The notes below the pieces were generated by a model. It did no database searches. It was not told where the DNA came from and saw only the letters and a program-made list of their open reading frames with translations. A program made the translations under genes and the position numbers. Source: Chiloscyllium plagiosum (lineage: Eukaryota). From it: a stretch of 64,000 nt of DNA. How positions within the stretch are numbered: position 1 is the first letter of the stretch; every line of letters begins with the position of its first letter. Below, piece by piece: positions 36,738 to 49,084 of this stretch. The stretch is from assembly GCF_004010195.1 (NCBI RefSeq), contig NC_057719.1, positions 22,345,174-22,409,173 on the forward strand. Direction: 5' to 3'.

Positions 36738-38224
36738 CTGATTACCAGTAAATTGAGAAAACCTAAACTGGATTACAAGTGTACATGCACAGGGCAAAAA
36801 CACACTGGCAGTTATCTACTTAAAGGCAGAGCTCCCATGCTTCTTAAATACTCTTCAAACAGATGCTGCTACCTTTGCATCTTCCACAAAATAGAAGATG
36901 GTCCCCTACAAGTTTCCTTGCAAGTCACACGCTATCCCGATTTGGATTTGTCTAACACGTCTTTTACTGTCACTGGGTCTAAATCACAGAAGAACAGAAT
37001 TAATATGCCATTGATGGAGGCTGTTTGGCATATTGTGTCTGGACTAGCTCGCTAATAAGTATCATGATATAGTGCCATGCACCTGCTTTTCCTCATGCCA
37101 TTGCTGAAATTTCCTTCCTAACAACACTGTCCCTATAGCCTAGAAACAGCAGTGCTTCAAGTAGTCAGCTCACCGTCACCTTCTCCAGGGCCATTAGGAG
37201 TGGAAATGTATGCTGGTCGAGCCAGTAATGTCCTTATCCCATGAGCAAATTTTAAAAGGTCACATACCCGAGGACTTTCTGTAGAGAAAGTTATTTGGAA
37301 CCAGATGGCTGGTGGAAGACCTAAAGTTCCACTTCAAGAATCCTTGGTAGTGTTATATGATGGCCCTAAACATTGATTATCCTACTTAGAAGTCACTCGA
37401 GAAAAATAATAACCTGTCCTGTGGGCTAGCATGCACTGCCGTGAGAACATGTGGCCAGCAATGTCATAATAAATTAATAAATTCCTTTGTCAGAAAAAAA
37501 ACAACTGACAACAGCACATGGACTAGAATTATATAGGGGCCTGAATGACAAGGGCTCTAGTGAAAAATGTGGCAGAATCATGTGACAGGTCCAATAAAGA
37601 GGAATAACTCACTGTGTCTTTTAACCAAGTTCTGGGTATTGAGATGAGATTCTCACTGGGCAGCCCTGAGTTGCCTATTATGGGGGATTATTCCTTGTTA
37701 ACTATTTTATTAACTCTTAGTCTCACTTCAGTAACATGCAGCTTTATATCGTACAACCCACAATGAACAAACTGAATGCGGAGAATACTCAGCATTAAAG
37801 TCAGAGTGAGTACCTGGTGAATTCAGCTTGTCACTTGCTCTAAATGACTTGCCTGTTGGACATTGAGTACCAGCATCTAAGGGGCACTAGCGATTAATAG
37901 CTCCTGTCCATATCCATTGGCATCCAACATGTGTCAGCCTCTACAAACTCTTTTGGCACATCTCCGATCCACTTACAGTGCATTTCTGCACTTCAGTGCT
38001 GCAAATCAGGGTTCAATTGCAACTATCATTGCAATGCTGCTGCAAGAATACTTTGCACTTTGGGATGTATACCCAGTTCATGGATTAGACCACGCTGCAT
38101 CTTGGGCCTGTGCACTCAATCTTAATACTCACTCATTCTTGAGTCAACCTGGAAGCTCAGAGCATCCCTGCCTTGCATTGTATTATTTGCTTTATGTCCC
38201 ATCGGCCAGAGATATCAAACTCAC

Positions 38225-38600
38225 AATACTTAGAATGAAAGAACTAGGAGCAGGAGTAGGCTATCTGGCCTTTCCAGCCTGCTCCACCATTCAATAAGAT
38301 CATGGCAGATCTTTTCATAACCTCAGCACTACTTACCTGCCCTCTCATTATAACCCTTAATTCATTTACTGTTCAAAAAATTATCTATCCTAGCTTTGAA
38401 AGCATTTACTGGGGAAGCCTCAACCACTTCACTGGGCAGGGAATTCGATAGATTCACAACTCTCTGGGTGAAGAAGTTCCTTCTCAATTCAGTCCTAAAT
38501 CTACTCCCCCTAATTTTGAGACTATGTCGTCTTGTTCTCTTTTCACTCGCCAGTGGAAACATCCTCTCTACTTCTATCTTATCTATTCCTTTCATTATTT
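38225..38600 (-). mobile_element. CR1 LINE 3' fragment
   Basis: Encodes RTRRHSLKIRGSRFRTELRRNFFTQRVVNLSNSLP...FKARID. Confidence 0.92.
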
Positions 38601-38714
38601 TATTTTTCGATAACATCACCCCCCACACCCACCCCCCCCCATTTGAAAATATCCAATCTGATATGGATTTGTTTATTGCATGTTCCATCATTTTTAGTAG
38701 CTACTTGGGAGAGG

Positions 38715-38960
38715 AAAAAAACTACTCCTGAGGACATCCCAAAATCCCTTACAGCGAATTAAATATGTTCTGAAATGCAGGTACTGTTGCGATATAAGAA
38801 TGACAGTAGGCAGTTTGTTTGTGCACAGCAAATTTCCCCAATTTGCACAATCATAATGATCAGATAATTTGTTTTTTGTGATGTCTGAGGGGTAAGTATT
38901 TTCCATGGGATTTTTCTTTAGGTACATGAAAGAGGACTTTGGGTTCAAGTTAACTTCTTA
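38715..38960 (-). mobile_element. Deu-domain SINE 3' fragment
   Basis: GGACATCCCAAA...GCACAGCAA...CAGATAATTTGTTTTTTGTGATGTCTGAGGG. Confidence 0.6.
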
Positions 38961-39845
38961 CATTTGGCTTCAACTTGTATTCTTGAATGTTGATATTCAA
39001 TATTTTTTTCCTTCTTTTCATTTAAGTTTTCAGATCTTATTCATTTTTTTGCCTTTCCTCCAAAATAATTCCAGTTACTTGCAATTCTGTGCGATTCCGT
39101 GTAACATTAATGCCTATACCATGTGAACACACTGAGCACGTTTCATAAACATTTCAGTTGTCTAACAACATTAAGAATAAGTCAAGCGCAAAATAAAACA
39201 AGGCACTTCATCTTTTTTTTATGTGCAGACATAGCTGGCAGAGTTTCTTCCTAAGAGCATTTTCTAGCAATGCACTTACCAATTTCCCAAACCCAACTTT
39301 TTGGATAGGCTGACGTTAAATTGTAGCTTTCCTCTGCCTATTTGCCGCTTCTTCCATTTCATGCGTTGCACTTTTGCTTTTTATCATTACACCTCCCTCT
39401 GATTAGTAAATTCCCAATCATTTCCAGATCTCACATTAGGTCTGACATTCAGGAATATAACACCCACCTTTCAGTTGATCAATAAAATTCTTAGTCTGTC
39501 AGGCATTTTTGACTTTGGCCGATAATGCACTACAGATAATATTGATTCAGCCATCCATTAAACTAAATGGAAACAAACATATTGTCAATGCTGAATCAAT
39601 ATTTTCTACTTTAAACTATCACTAACTGTCAAAATACACCCAGGTCCCCATTATGTGGGATAGAGCACAAAATTAACCAAACCTGTTGTTGGAATCTATT
39701 GTGGTCTTTCATGAGACAGTATTTTCAGGTTATAACATCATGGGTTGTAAATGCTGATATTTTTGCTCTTTAATATCTTTATTCTACCATTGTATAATAG
39801 AATCTGTACAAATTCAGTACTAATTTGTTTGGATAATATCACTGC

Positions 39846-40320
39846 AATTGAATTGAATTGAATTGAATTTATTGTCACGTTTATTGAGACACAGTGAAAG
39901 CTTTGTCTTGCGAGCAATACAGGGAGATCACAGAGTTAAGTAGCATAGACAGTAAATAATAGGTAAACAGTGGCAAAAATAAAAATGATTTGTGAGTCCA
40001 TAAACACATATTCTAACAACAGTAGCGTAGAAACTGTTTTGAAACCAGCTAGTGCGTGTGTTCAGGCTTCTGTACATTCTCCCTGATGGTAGAGGTTGTA
40101 GAGAAACATTGCCAGGGTGGGATGGATCTTTGAGAATGCTGGCACTCTTTCCTTGACAGCGGGTCTGGTAGATGAATTCTATAGATGGGAGGTTGGCCTT
40201 TGTAATTGTCCAGGCCGAATTCACCACTCTCTGTAACCGTCTCCGATCTTGAATGGTACAGTTGCCATACCAGGTAGTGATACATCCAGACAGAACGCGC
40301 TCGATGGCGCACTTATAAAA
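39846..40320 (-). mobile_element. Rex1/Babar-clade LINE 3' fragment
   Basis: Encodes FYKCAIERVLSGCITTWYGNCT...LQRVV...ILKDPSHP...LPSGRMYRS...NSFY, the Rex1 C-terminus. (CAATT)n tail at 39846-39868. Confidence 0.9.
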
Positions 40321-41183
40321 GTTGTTGTTACTGTTCTTTAAAGTAAAATGTTTTTTAGGATATAGCTTCCCAGCTAGAGCCTCAGGGAGGCATTCATATT
40401 GCATTGATGGAACAATAACAATATATCAGTACGTAGCATATGTCCTGAGATCACAAAGGAAATTTGCAGACAGTAATTGATTTTGAGGTGAGAGAACAGG
40501 ATATTTTCTGATCACAGGGTAATGAAAAATAATATTCTCTGTGAATCAATGCAAACATGTAATTATTCACTGTAATAGCTGAATGGGAATATTGTGAAAG
40601 TGTATCCCAAATTTCTGTGATGATACAAATTTAGCATGTAATAGTACAGAAGGGTGCAAACATTTAAAAAATATGCATTGAATGACTGGGCAGACAAGTA
40701 GTGGTTGTAATCTAATGCATGAAGTAGTTGACTTTGAACATATGAATGCAGTCTGGATCTTTTAAATAGGAGAAGTTAAACTTAAGATGTCAAGTGCAGA
40801 AGTCATGAAAAACAATATGATGGATCCTGGCCTTCATCATAAATGGTATGGAAGAGAAAAGTAGGGAAGTATATAGAATGACATATGCAGTTTTGAGCAG
40901 GAAATCATAGAAAGCAGAAACTTACAAAAACAAGCAATATCATAATTCATCAGAATGATGCACAGGATACAGAATTGAATGGATAGGATGAATTTGAGTT
41001 CCAGTCCATGGAGCTGAGAAGATTGGGGGTAAGTTGGATTGTGGTGTAAAAACTGGAATCGAATTGTAAATATGAAAATGTTTATGCTCTTAGTAGGAGA
41101 GTTCAAACCTAATTTGAGCTAAACTGGCTACAAGCCAATTTAAGGTTTGGGACAATTTGGATTCCATTGACAATTTAAGTGCT

Positions 41184-41217
41184 TTTCCTCAATAATAATT
41201 GATTATTATTGAGGAAA
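41184..41217. repeat. Perfect 16-bp inverted repeat with 2-nt spacer
   Basis: TTTCCTCAATAATAAT-TG-ATTATTATTGAGGAAA. Confidence 0.95.
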
Positions 41218-41624
41218 CAATTGTAATTATTAGAGGTGGAGAAATTTGGATAATTAGGATAAAAATGGCAGGTGATATGCTGCTATGAGTAAGAAAAAGG
41301 TTGAATCAAGTGGCCCACTCCAGTCTGTATTCACAAAAATGTGTCTCATTTCTCCAAAGTCCATGCTAAGTATTAATTTATAAATACATTTAACCTCGAT
41401 ATTTTTACATTATTCATACAGTGTGGATATTGTAAATACTATAGCAGCATGATAGTTCTTGATGAAATATTTAATTAAAATATTCTTTTCACAAAAACAA
41501 ATCGAGGAAAAAAATTACTTAACCTACCTAACCCAATTTCCCCATTGCATCTACAATCTGACCTGTCAGGGCCTCAGTTTAACCCATTTGACTTCACAAA
41601 TCTTATCTGAAAGTAAAAGAAACA

Positions 41625-42010
41625 ATCTTCCATTTATTTAGAAATTTTCATAACCATAGACACCTCAAAGAAATTTACAATTAAGTACTTTTGAAATGTT
41701 GCAATGAAGGGAACAAAGCAGCCAATTTGCTCACAGTAAACTGTGTAATAAAGAACAGATAATCTGGTTTTGTGATGTTGACTGAGGGATAAAATGTTGT
41801 TCAGGACCTGAAGGGTACGTTTCCTGCTCTTCTTTCAAACATTTCCATGGGGTCCTTTACATCCACCTGAGAGGCAGACTGAGCTTTGCTTTAACACCTC
41901 ATCTGAAGGATGGCATTTCCTTTAGTCCTACACTGGAGCGTCAATCATGATTTATGTGCAAACGCATTCTGAACTAAAGTGCAGAATAACAATCTGACCT
42001 TCAGAGTCTG
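41625..42010 (-). mobile_element. Deu-domain SINE (SacSINE1/AmnSINE1-like)
   Basis: Reverse complement contains TCTGCCTCTCAGGTGGATGTAAAGGACCCCATGG...GAAGAGCAGG...TATCCCTCAGTCAACATCACAAAACCAGATTATCTG...CAAATTGGCTGC. Confidence 0.8.
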
Positions 42011-43639
42011 GTCTATGTACTGTCATTTTGTGTATAATCAGGAGAGACTCCGTCAAGACCAATAATAGACAACAGAACAGAGAAGAATGTAAAACAGAAA
42101 CCAACAATAGAATAAGAGACTTTCAATGATAGGTAAAGGGTTCAAAAGTTTAAAGATTGATTAATGTGAAGAAGTTGTTAAAGCAGGTACCATTCCAATA
42201 AAGTATTATAATGAAGAGAAATTCAGAATGGCTTTGGAGGTCAAATAGGAGAGAGTGATGTCTGCCCAATATGTGCATGAGATTGCCACATTAGTTGCAC
42301 TCCCTTCTTGAAGCTGGCATCAGGTATCTCAGACCATTTGTAGATGCTGGAGAGCTGCTGGCAACAGTGGATGCTCACCTACAGCAAGGTAGCTGAGGAG
42401 GGCAGAAAATAATCTGGCTGCCAAATCAGGCCTTGACTGGAGATTGGATGTGATCCTAGATGGGGGAGGTTTGGTCTTTGTCAGACTGACAGTGGGATAT
42501 GTTTTGTCAGATCCCAGGACAGATTTGGTCATCCTGACCCTGCAAATTTTAAAAGTATTCAATTTTTGAGCATTCTCTGGTGGACCCAATGACTATGTCA
42601 CTCAATGCCTGGTAAAGTAGAAGTGTGAATGGTGACTGCATATTTTGTTCTCTTCATGTCTGAACATTGAAATGATGCTCCTAAAAAGGCATGGAATAAG
42701 GATTCCATATTTAAGCAGCATCATACCTGAATCAGACTGAAATTCTTAACACTCATTTATGTGACCTGCCTGAAATCCAATAAATTCAATGTCAATGATG
42801 TGGCAAATATGTTTTCAATCCATCATGTTTTTTATCGACGTTTGGGGTATTATCAGACAGTGTAAATCATGATGATGCAACCGATAATATGATAATACAA
42901 CACTCTGACATCTGTAGAGTGAAAACACCAGCCTAGAATGAGCCTGTGACAAGAGAGGTCTGAGATAATACATCAGGGAGTTGTATTTGCTAACTATGTA
43001 CCAATCTAAATAGAGGAGTGTTACAGTAAAGAAAGAGTTAATGTTAAGGAGCAAGCAGCCTCAGGGAAAGTATATGCGCAGATACAACTTGAGACACAGA
43101 CTCATATCTGAAGAAAGGTCAGAGACTCAAAACACTAATTCAGTTTTTGTACCACAGATGTTGCCAAACCTGCTGAGTTTCTCCAGCAAGTTCTGTGTTT
43201 GTTTCAGATGTCGAGCATCCACAGTTCTTTGTTTAATTTAGTCCCTTAATGCGCATGTAGAAGTATTGGCTTGAAACACAAATAAAATAGGGCAGAAAGG
43301 CCTATGTTGTGCTTATGCAGAAGTCTAAGTTTGGCTTAAAGTTCATTGGAGTTTGTCCATCTCTAGTAGTGGCTGGATTGCCTTGTCACTGAAAACTTCC
43401 CTGAGTATAGGTAAATGCAATTATTCACCTGAAGAATTTAAATGGACTCACAGATGATGAGAAAGACATGTAGAGGTATCATGTTGACTTTGCCAGGAAA
43501 GGAATTTAAAGTAATGGTATCACAAAGTGCTGGAGAAACTCAGCAGATCTGGCAGCATCTGTGGAGAGAGAAGGTTTGGTTCAGTGTGATTTTTCAACTT
43601 GAAACATTATCTTTTCTTCTGTCCCCACAGATGCCCTCT

Positions 43640-44412
43640 ACTTTTTTGTCATTTACATAAATGATTTGGATGCGAGCATAAGAGGTACAGTTAGTAAGTT
43701 TGCAGATGACACCAAAATTGGAGGTGTAGTGGACAACGAAGAGGGTTACCTCAGATTACAACAGGGTCTGGACCAGATGGGCCAATGGGCTGAGAAGTGG
43801 CAGATGGAGTTTAATCTGGATAAANNNNNNNNNNNNNNNNNNNNNNNNNNNNNNNNNNNNNNNNNNNNNNNNNNNNNNNNNNNNNNNNNNNNNNNNNNNN
43901 NNNNNNNNNNNNNNNNNNNNNNNNNNNNNNNNNNNNNNNNNNNNNNNNNNNNNNNNNNNNNNNNNNNNNNNNNNNNNNNNNNNNNNNNNNNNNNNNNNNN
44001 NNNNNNNNNNNNNNNNNNNNNNNNNNNNNNNNNNNNNNNNNNNNNNNNNNNNNNNNNNNNNNNNNNNNNNNNNNNNNNNNNNNNNNNNNNNNNNNNNNNN
44101 NNNNNNNNNNNNNNNNNNNNNNNNNNNNNNNNNNNNNNNNNNNNNNNNNNNNNNNNNNNNNNNNNNNNNNNNNNNNNNNNNNNNNNNNNNNNNNNNNNNN
44201 NNNNNNNNNNNNNNNNNNNNNNNNNNNNNNGGCTGGTACAATTGCAACATTTAAGAGGCATTTGGATGGGTATATGAATAGGAAGGGTTTGGAGGGATAT
44301 GGGCCGGGCGCTGGCAGGTGGGACTAGATTGGGTTGGGATATCTGGTCGGCATGGACGGGTTGGACTGAAGGGTCTGTTTCCATGCTGTACATCACTATG
44401 ACTCTTTGACTC
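43640..44412 (+). mobile_element. Young CR1 LINE 3' part spanning an assembly gap, inserted in a Penelope-derived repeat (43520-43635 and 44415-44495)
   Basis: SKFADDTKIGG...WAEKWQMEFN before the gap and the CR1 3' UTR after it. Confidence 0.9.
43825..44230. other. Assembly gap (N run)
   Basis: Run of N. Confidence 1.
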
Positions 44413-44807
44413 TTTGTTGCCAGGCCTGCTGAGTTTCTTCAGCATGTTTGGTTTTCATTTCAGATTTCCAGCATCCGCAGTATTTTGATTTTGTTGTAAG
44501 AGATTTAAATGAAGATATTGTTGAGTTGGATGAAGAGAGATCACGTAAAAACAGTAGGAGAAAGAAGTGATCATGGATCAGATCGATGTGACAGATCTTC
44601 TTGAAAGTAGGTTGGGAACAAGAATTTTCTTTTTTGCTTTCGTAGTGCTTTACCATTGATGCAATGTAATGTACTTTTTCACAGTAGGTATTTGAAGACA
44701 AATTTTAAAATGAGTTTCCAATAAATCACCTATATAGTGACTTGGGGTTTTTGACTACACTAGCTGGGTTAGTAGCATTGGCATAACTAGTTGTTTCCTG
44801 TGAACAA

Positions 44808-44984
44808 CAGAGCAGGCCCAGCAGCATCACAGGAGCAGGACAGATGATGCTTTGGGTCCTGATGAAGGGTCGCAACCAGAAACATCGACTCTCTTGTTCC
44901 TCTGATGCTGCTTGACCTGGTCTGCTTCTTCCAGCTCCACGCTTTTTCAACTCTCACTTTCCAGCCTCTGCAGTCCTCACTAAC
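44808..44984 (+). mobile_element. Penelope-derived, partly palindromic element with TSD and hammerhead-like core
   Basis: 12-bp TSD TCCTGTGAACAA at 44796-44807 and 44985-44996. Core reads GGGTC-CTGATGA...GAAAC-ATC-GACTC. Confidence 0.75.
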
Positions 44985-45094
44985 TCCTGTGAACAATACA
45001 CTTGTTTGCAACTATGTGGTTCAATACCATGTCATTTTTGGAAGGTACCTTTCCTGATTCTAAATTGATTTATAAATTGAAAAAAAATTAAAAA

Positions 45095-45440
45095 ATCATG
45101 AGGGGCATGGATAGGGTAAATCGACAAGGTCTTTCCCCTGGGTTGGGTGAGTCCAGAACTGGAGGGCATGGGCTTAAGGTGAGAGGGGAAAGATTTTAAA
45201 GGAACCTAAGGTGTAACTTTTTCACACATAGCATTATGCATGTATGGAATGGGCTGCTGGAGGCTGATACAATTACAACATTTCAAAGGCATCTGGATGG
45301 GTATATGAATAGGAAGGGTTTGGAAGGATATGGGCCAAGTGCTGGCAAATGGGACCAGATTAATTTAGGATATCTGGTCAGCATGGATGAGTTGGGCCAA
45401 ACCGTCTGTTTCTGTGTCGTACATCTCTATGACTCCATGA
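45095..45440 (+). mobile_element. CR1 LINE 3' fragment
   Basis: AAAATCATGAGGGGCATGGATAGG...CATCTCTATGACTCCATGA. Confidence 0.9.
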
Positions 45441-45453
45441 GTGTAATAATTTC

Positions 45454-45945
45454 ATAGAGTCATTAAACATGGAAACAGACCCTTCAGTCCAACCAGTCCA
45501 TGCCAATCACAATCCCAAACTAAACTACTGTAGTCCCATCTGCCTGTGCTTTGCCCATATCCTTCCAAGCCTTTGTTATTCACGTACTAATCCAAATATC
45601 TTTTAAACGTAACTGTACCCGCAACTACCACTTCCTCTGGCAGTTCATTCCATACACGAACCACTCTCTGTGTAAAAATGTTGCCCCTCATGTCCTTTTT
45701 AAATTTTTCTCACTTTAAAATATGCCCAGTGGTCTTGAAATCCCCCACTCTAGGTAAAAGACACCTGCCATTCACCTTACCCATGCCTCTCATGATTTGA
45801 AACAAACTTCTCTAAGGCTATCCCTCAATCTCCTACTGTGAATTCAGCCCTAGCCTCTCCCTATACATAACTCAAACCTTCCAATCCTGGTAACGTCCTG
45901 GTAAATCTTTTTGGAACCCTTTCTTGATAATATCCTTCCTTTCAG
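45454..45945 (-). mobile_element. CR1 LINE 3' fragment, tail-to-tail with the previous copy
   Basis: CATAGAGTCA...GGAAACAGACCCTTCAGTCCAAC is the reverse complement of the CR1 tail. Confidence 0.9.
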
Positions 45946-46710
45946 TTAAAGTTAGTGCTGAGTTTTAATAACGGAGACAAGACGTTGCTTTTTTTTTCTT
46001 GTCTTGAAATCTAACAATAAAAATGTTTGTATCCAATGGATGAATGTGAGCAGGCACAGAGCGAAGAGTGGGGGCGAATGCGAGAAAGGGAGAATGAGAA
46101 TGAACGAGGGAGAAAGGTAAAGAGAGAGAGAAAAAAATCACGAACATGTAGCACCTGCCGCAAGTCACGGTATTTAACATTACAATCCAACAGAACGGGC
46201 GTGCTCAATTGTACTCCTATCATCTGAGGTGTAACTGTTACCAGTCCTGAATAAACAAAGCGGAGTTGAACGGGGCTGAAGCCCTTTCCCCGTTCTGTTT
46301 GCTGACAGAGCTAATTTCACCCACTCCCCTCTATTTACTATTTCAATAACAATGCTCATTGCCTGCTGGTGCACTGGCGGCCCGAGAGGTTAAGTACAAG
46401 GGAAGCTGAGTCCGGAACACGAGTGCACTTGTGGCGAACGGAGAGATATGGGGCCACTTTGTCAGAGTTGTTCCACACTTAGCCAAGGTGACTGCGCGGA
46501 GGAGAGGCACAATGGGGCTGCTCGGTTACCGAGCTTGTAACATCCCTCTCCACAGCATGGCACCGTGTAACTTGACTCCACCTGTGAGCTCATTGGAGAC
46601 AGCCCTGGCGAATCCCCCAAGCATGCAGGAGGGCCCGGAGAGTGGGCTGCAAGAGTTGAGTTACATTCGTGGGTTAGTGAGATCAGCAAGTGGGCGTTTT
46701 CCCGTTTCAG

Positions 46711-46827
46711 ACTGAGCGAGTGCGAGGGTGCTTCAACTTCATTCCGTTCCCAAGAACTCAACAGGTTTCCCCTGTTGTCGGACGGGTAAAGAGCTGCAGT
46801 TCTCAGGAATCCGTGTCACCGTTAACG
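46711..46827 (+). other. Candidate 5' exon (probably non-coding) or 3' part of a first exon
   Basis: Acceptor-like TTTTCCCGTTTCAG ending at 46710 and donor ACG/GTAAGC at 46828. The 117-nt segment is open in one frame, but I do not recognise the peptide. Confidence 0.35.
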
Positions 46828-49084
46828 GTAAGCGCTCATCCTCGTCCTGAGTCGGAGCTCTAGATTGGCGCAAGCGAGGCAGGGGGACATGCTCCTGGGA
46901 GAACCAGGCACTATCCCCGGTCATGCAGCGTCAAGTCCAGTGGCTTCAAAGTCAGGGGAAGGAATAATCGTCAGATGCAAACAACTTTGACGCGCAGGGT
47001 GGAAGTTGTGAAGAAGTCACGCACCCTGTACACACTTTTGCTAAGTTGGCACTAAGCGATCTCAGAACCAGTAAATCTCAGGGGAATTATGGGAAGTGGG
47101 TAGGGAGGGGGCTCTTAGTGTGACAATTTAGGGACTCTTGCTAAAAAGTCTTGGATGAACAAACTCCACCGCCCCAGTTTCCTGAGGCACTGTCTCCCTC
47201 ATTCGCGTCTTCTCTAGGGTTCTCTCTCTCTCTCTCTTTCCGACATACACACCCACACCTTCCACGCCGATCCCTTCACGCTCAGAAGATCATCAATTCT
47301 TCCAGGCTCCAGATTTCTCGTCCAATAGCCGCATTTTGCAGACTGGAATGTGGCTGAATCGCTCAGTGAAATCGCACAACTTGGAGTTACCAGTTCAGGT
47401 GCAAGTTGTTCTGTACTTACATTACACAGGGCAGGTCGAGCCGATTGACTGCACATTATATACCTTTCAAAGGTTACCTGGCTGACTGTCTCTCTCTCTC
47501 TCTTCAACAGTCCTCCTCATTCTTACTTCACACTTTTAAAAGATGATATTTTCTTTCCCCGTCTTCTGAATCCTTGCATGTTAAATTGCACTGTCAACGC
47601 TACTTCTGTCTTCGCTTGGAAGTAGATGAGTTAATCGGCGCAATAATGTGTAAAATAGAAATGAGAGAGGTGCGTCTAACCTCTGTTTTATATATAAAAA
47701 ATTACCCGGTCAGAAGTTTAAACTGTGTCAATGGTTATATATTTGCATCAATGCCTGTTTAAACTCTTCATGTGTCGCCCTCTGTCCTTGCCATTTACTA
47801 ATGCAATCCGCCAAATGAGCCAATATATCAGAAATGAAGAAACAAATGTTTCAGATTTTAGAAGAAGTTTTTTTTTAAATCTAGCATTTTTGTTTAAGAG
47901 GATGGTTTTCACTTTGCCAATATCTCCGCCTTTCAGACTCAGTGAGTAAACTCTTTCATTACTGGTCCCAACTGACCTGTAGAGTCAGGATATGAGCCAC
48001 TGACTTCAGTTGCGCTTTTTTTTTAACGTTTCCTTATTAATGTGACCTTTCATCTCCAGTCTATCTCTTCACCCGCTATTAAAAGAACATTGTCTATGAA
48101 GGGAATCAATCTTTCAGTGTGCTCTCGTGCGGAACGAGATGAGCTTTGGCAACTGCAGTTATCATTGCTCATTGAACAACTGAACTGGCTGTGAGCTTTC
48201 GAGTTTTGCTGATTTTTAAAATCCCCAGGAGAAAGGGTAATCTGATAGAGCTCTTTAAAATTGCGAAGGTTCGGTAAGGTTGACATCAAAATAAATGTTT
48301 CCAAAGTTGGGGGTCAAAAATGTGCAACGTAGTCGCAAATTAATCCAATAAGGAGCTGAGGGGAAATCTCTTTGAGGGAAATGGAGGTTTTGAGAGAGCA
48401 GTTTGGATTCCTGTAAGAGGAAACAAGATAAGGAAGAAAAATGTATCTGTTGTTGGGATGCCTGTGTGAGAGCAAAACTAGCAGCATCGCTCTGTTGGAC
48501 CCAAAGCCCTGAGGTTCTGTGTAAGTTAATGGTCGATAATTTAGTGTGTATTACAGCCAGCAAAACACGCGTTAACCTGACGCAAAGAAAGGGAATAACC
48601 CGCACAGAAAATGACTTCAGGAGAACAAGACACCAACTCCCCGGTGAGGGAAAGCAAATAAATTGACTCAGTGTAACCCAAAAAGGAAACCACATTTACG
48701 AAATAAATCCAGTCTAATAAATATTAACACGAGACAGAGCAGAAAGTCTTGGAGTAAGAGAAACGTAATGTCTCCTCGGAGAATTAACTTTATTTACACC
48801 AAGTTCAGATATAACCCCCCCCAAAAAAAAAATTCAAATCTAAAATTTCAAGGCCTGATTTGGTAGGATTTGCTGTTCATTTTGTATTCACTGTTTATTA
48901 ATGGGTTTGAATCAATTAATACTTTGCAAACTAAATATCCATAATGATTCATTGTGGCAATTATAGATTAAATGCAAAACACTTCATCATTTGGGGTGAC
49001 ATTTTGATTTATTTTTTCAATGTCGATCCTAGACACATTTAAAAGCGCTAGGCTATTCAAAGTTTGTTTTATTAAAGCGTTTTG

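Noticed and set aside
39348..39365. Minus-strand RMKWKK, resembling homeodomain helix 3, upstream of a GTAAGT donor-like site
   Set aside because: It is preceded by KAKVQ and in-frame stops rather than WFQNR, and no other homeodomain sequence is present. Most likely a chance match.
43666..44396. Long ORFs of 164-216 aa (and similar ones at 59797-60322)
   Set aside because: Artefacts of N-gaps. The flanks are CR1 or Penelope sequence.
46431..46924. ORFs on both strands in the CpG island as a protein-coding gene
   Set aside because: They are short, overlapping and contain no recognisable domain. Such ORFs are expected in GC-rich DNA.
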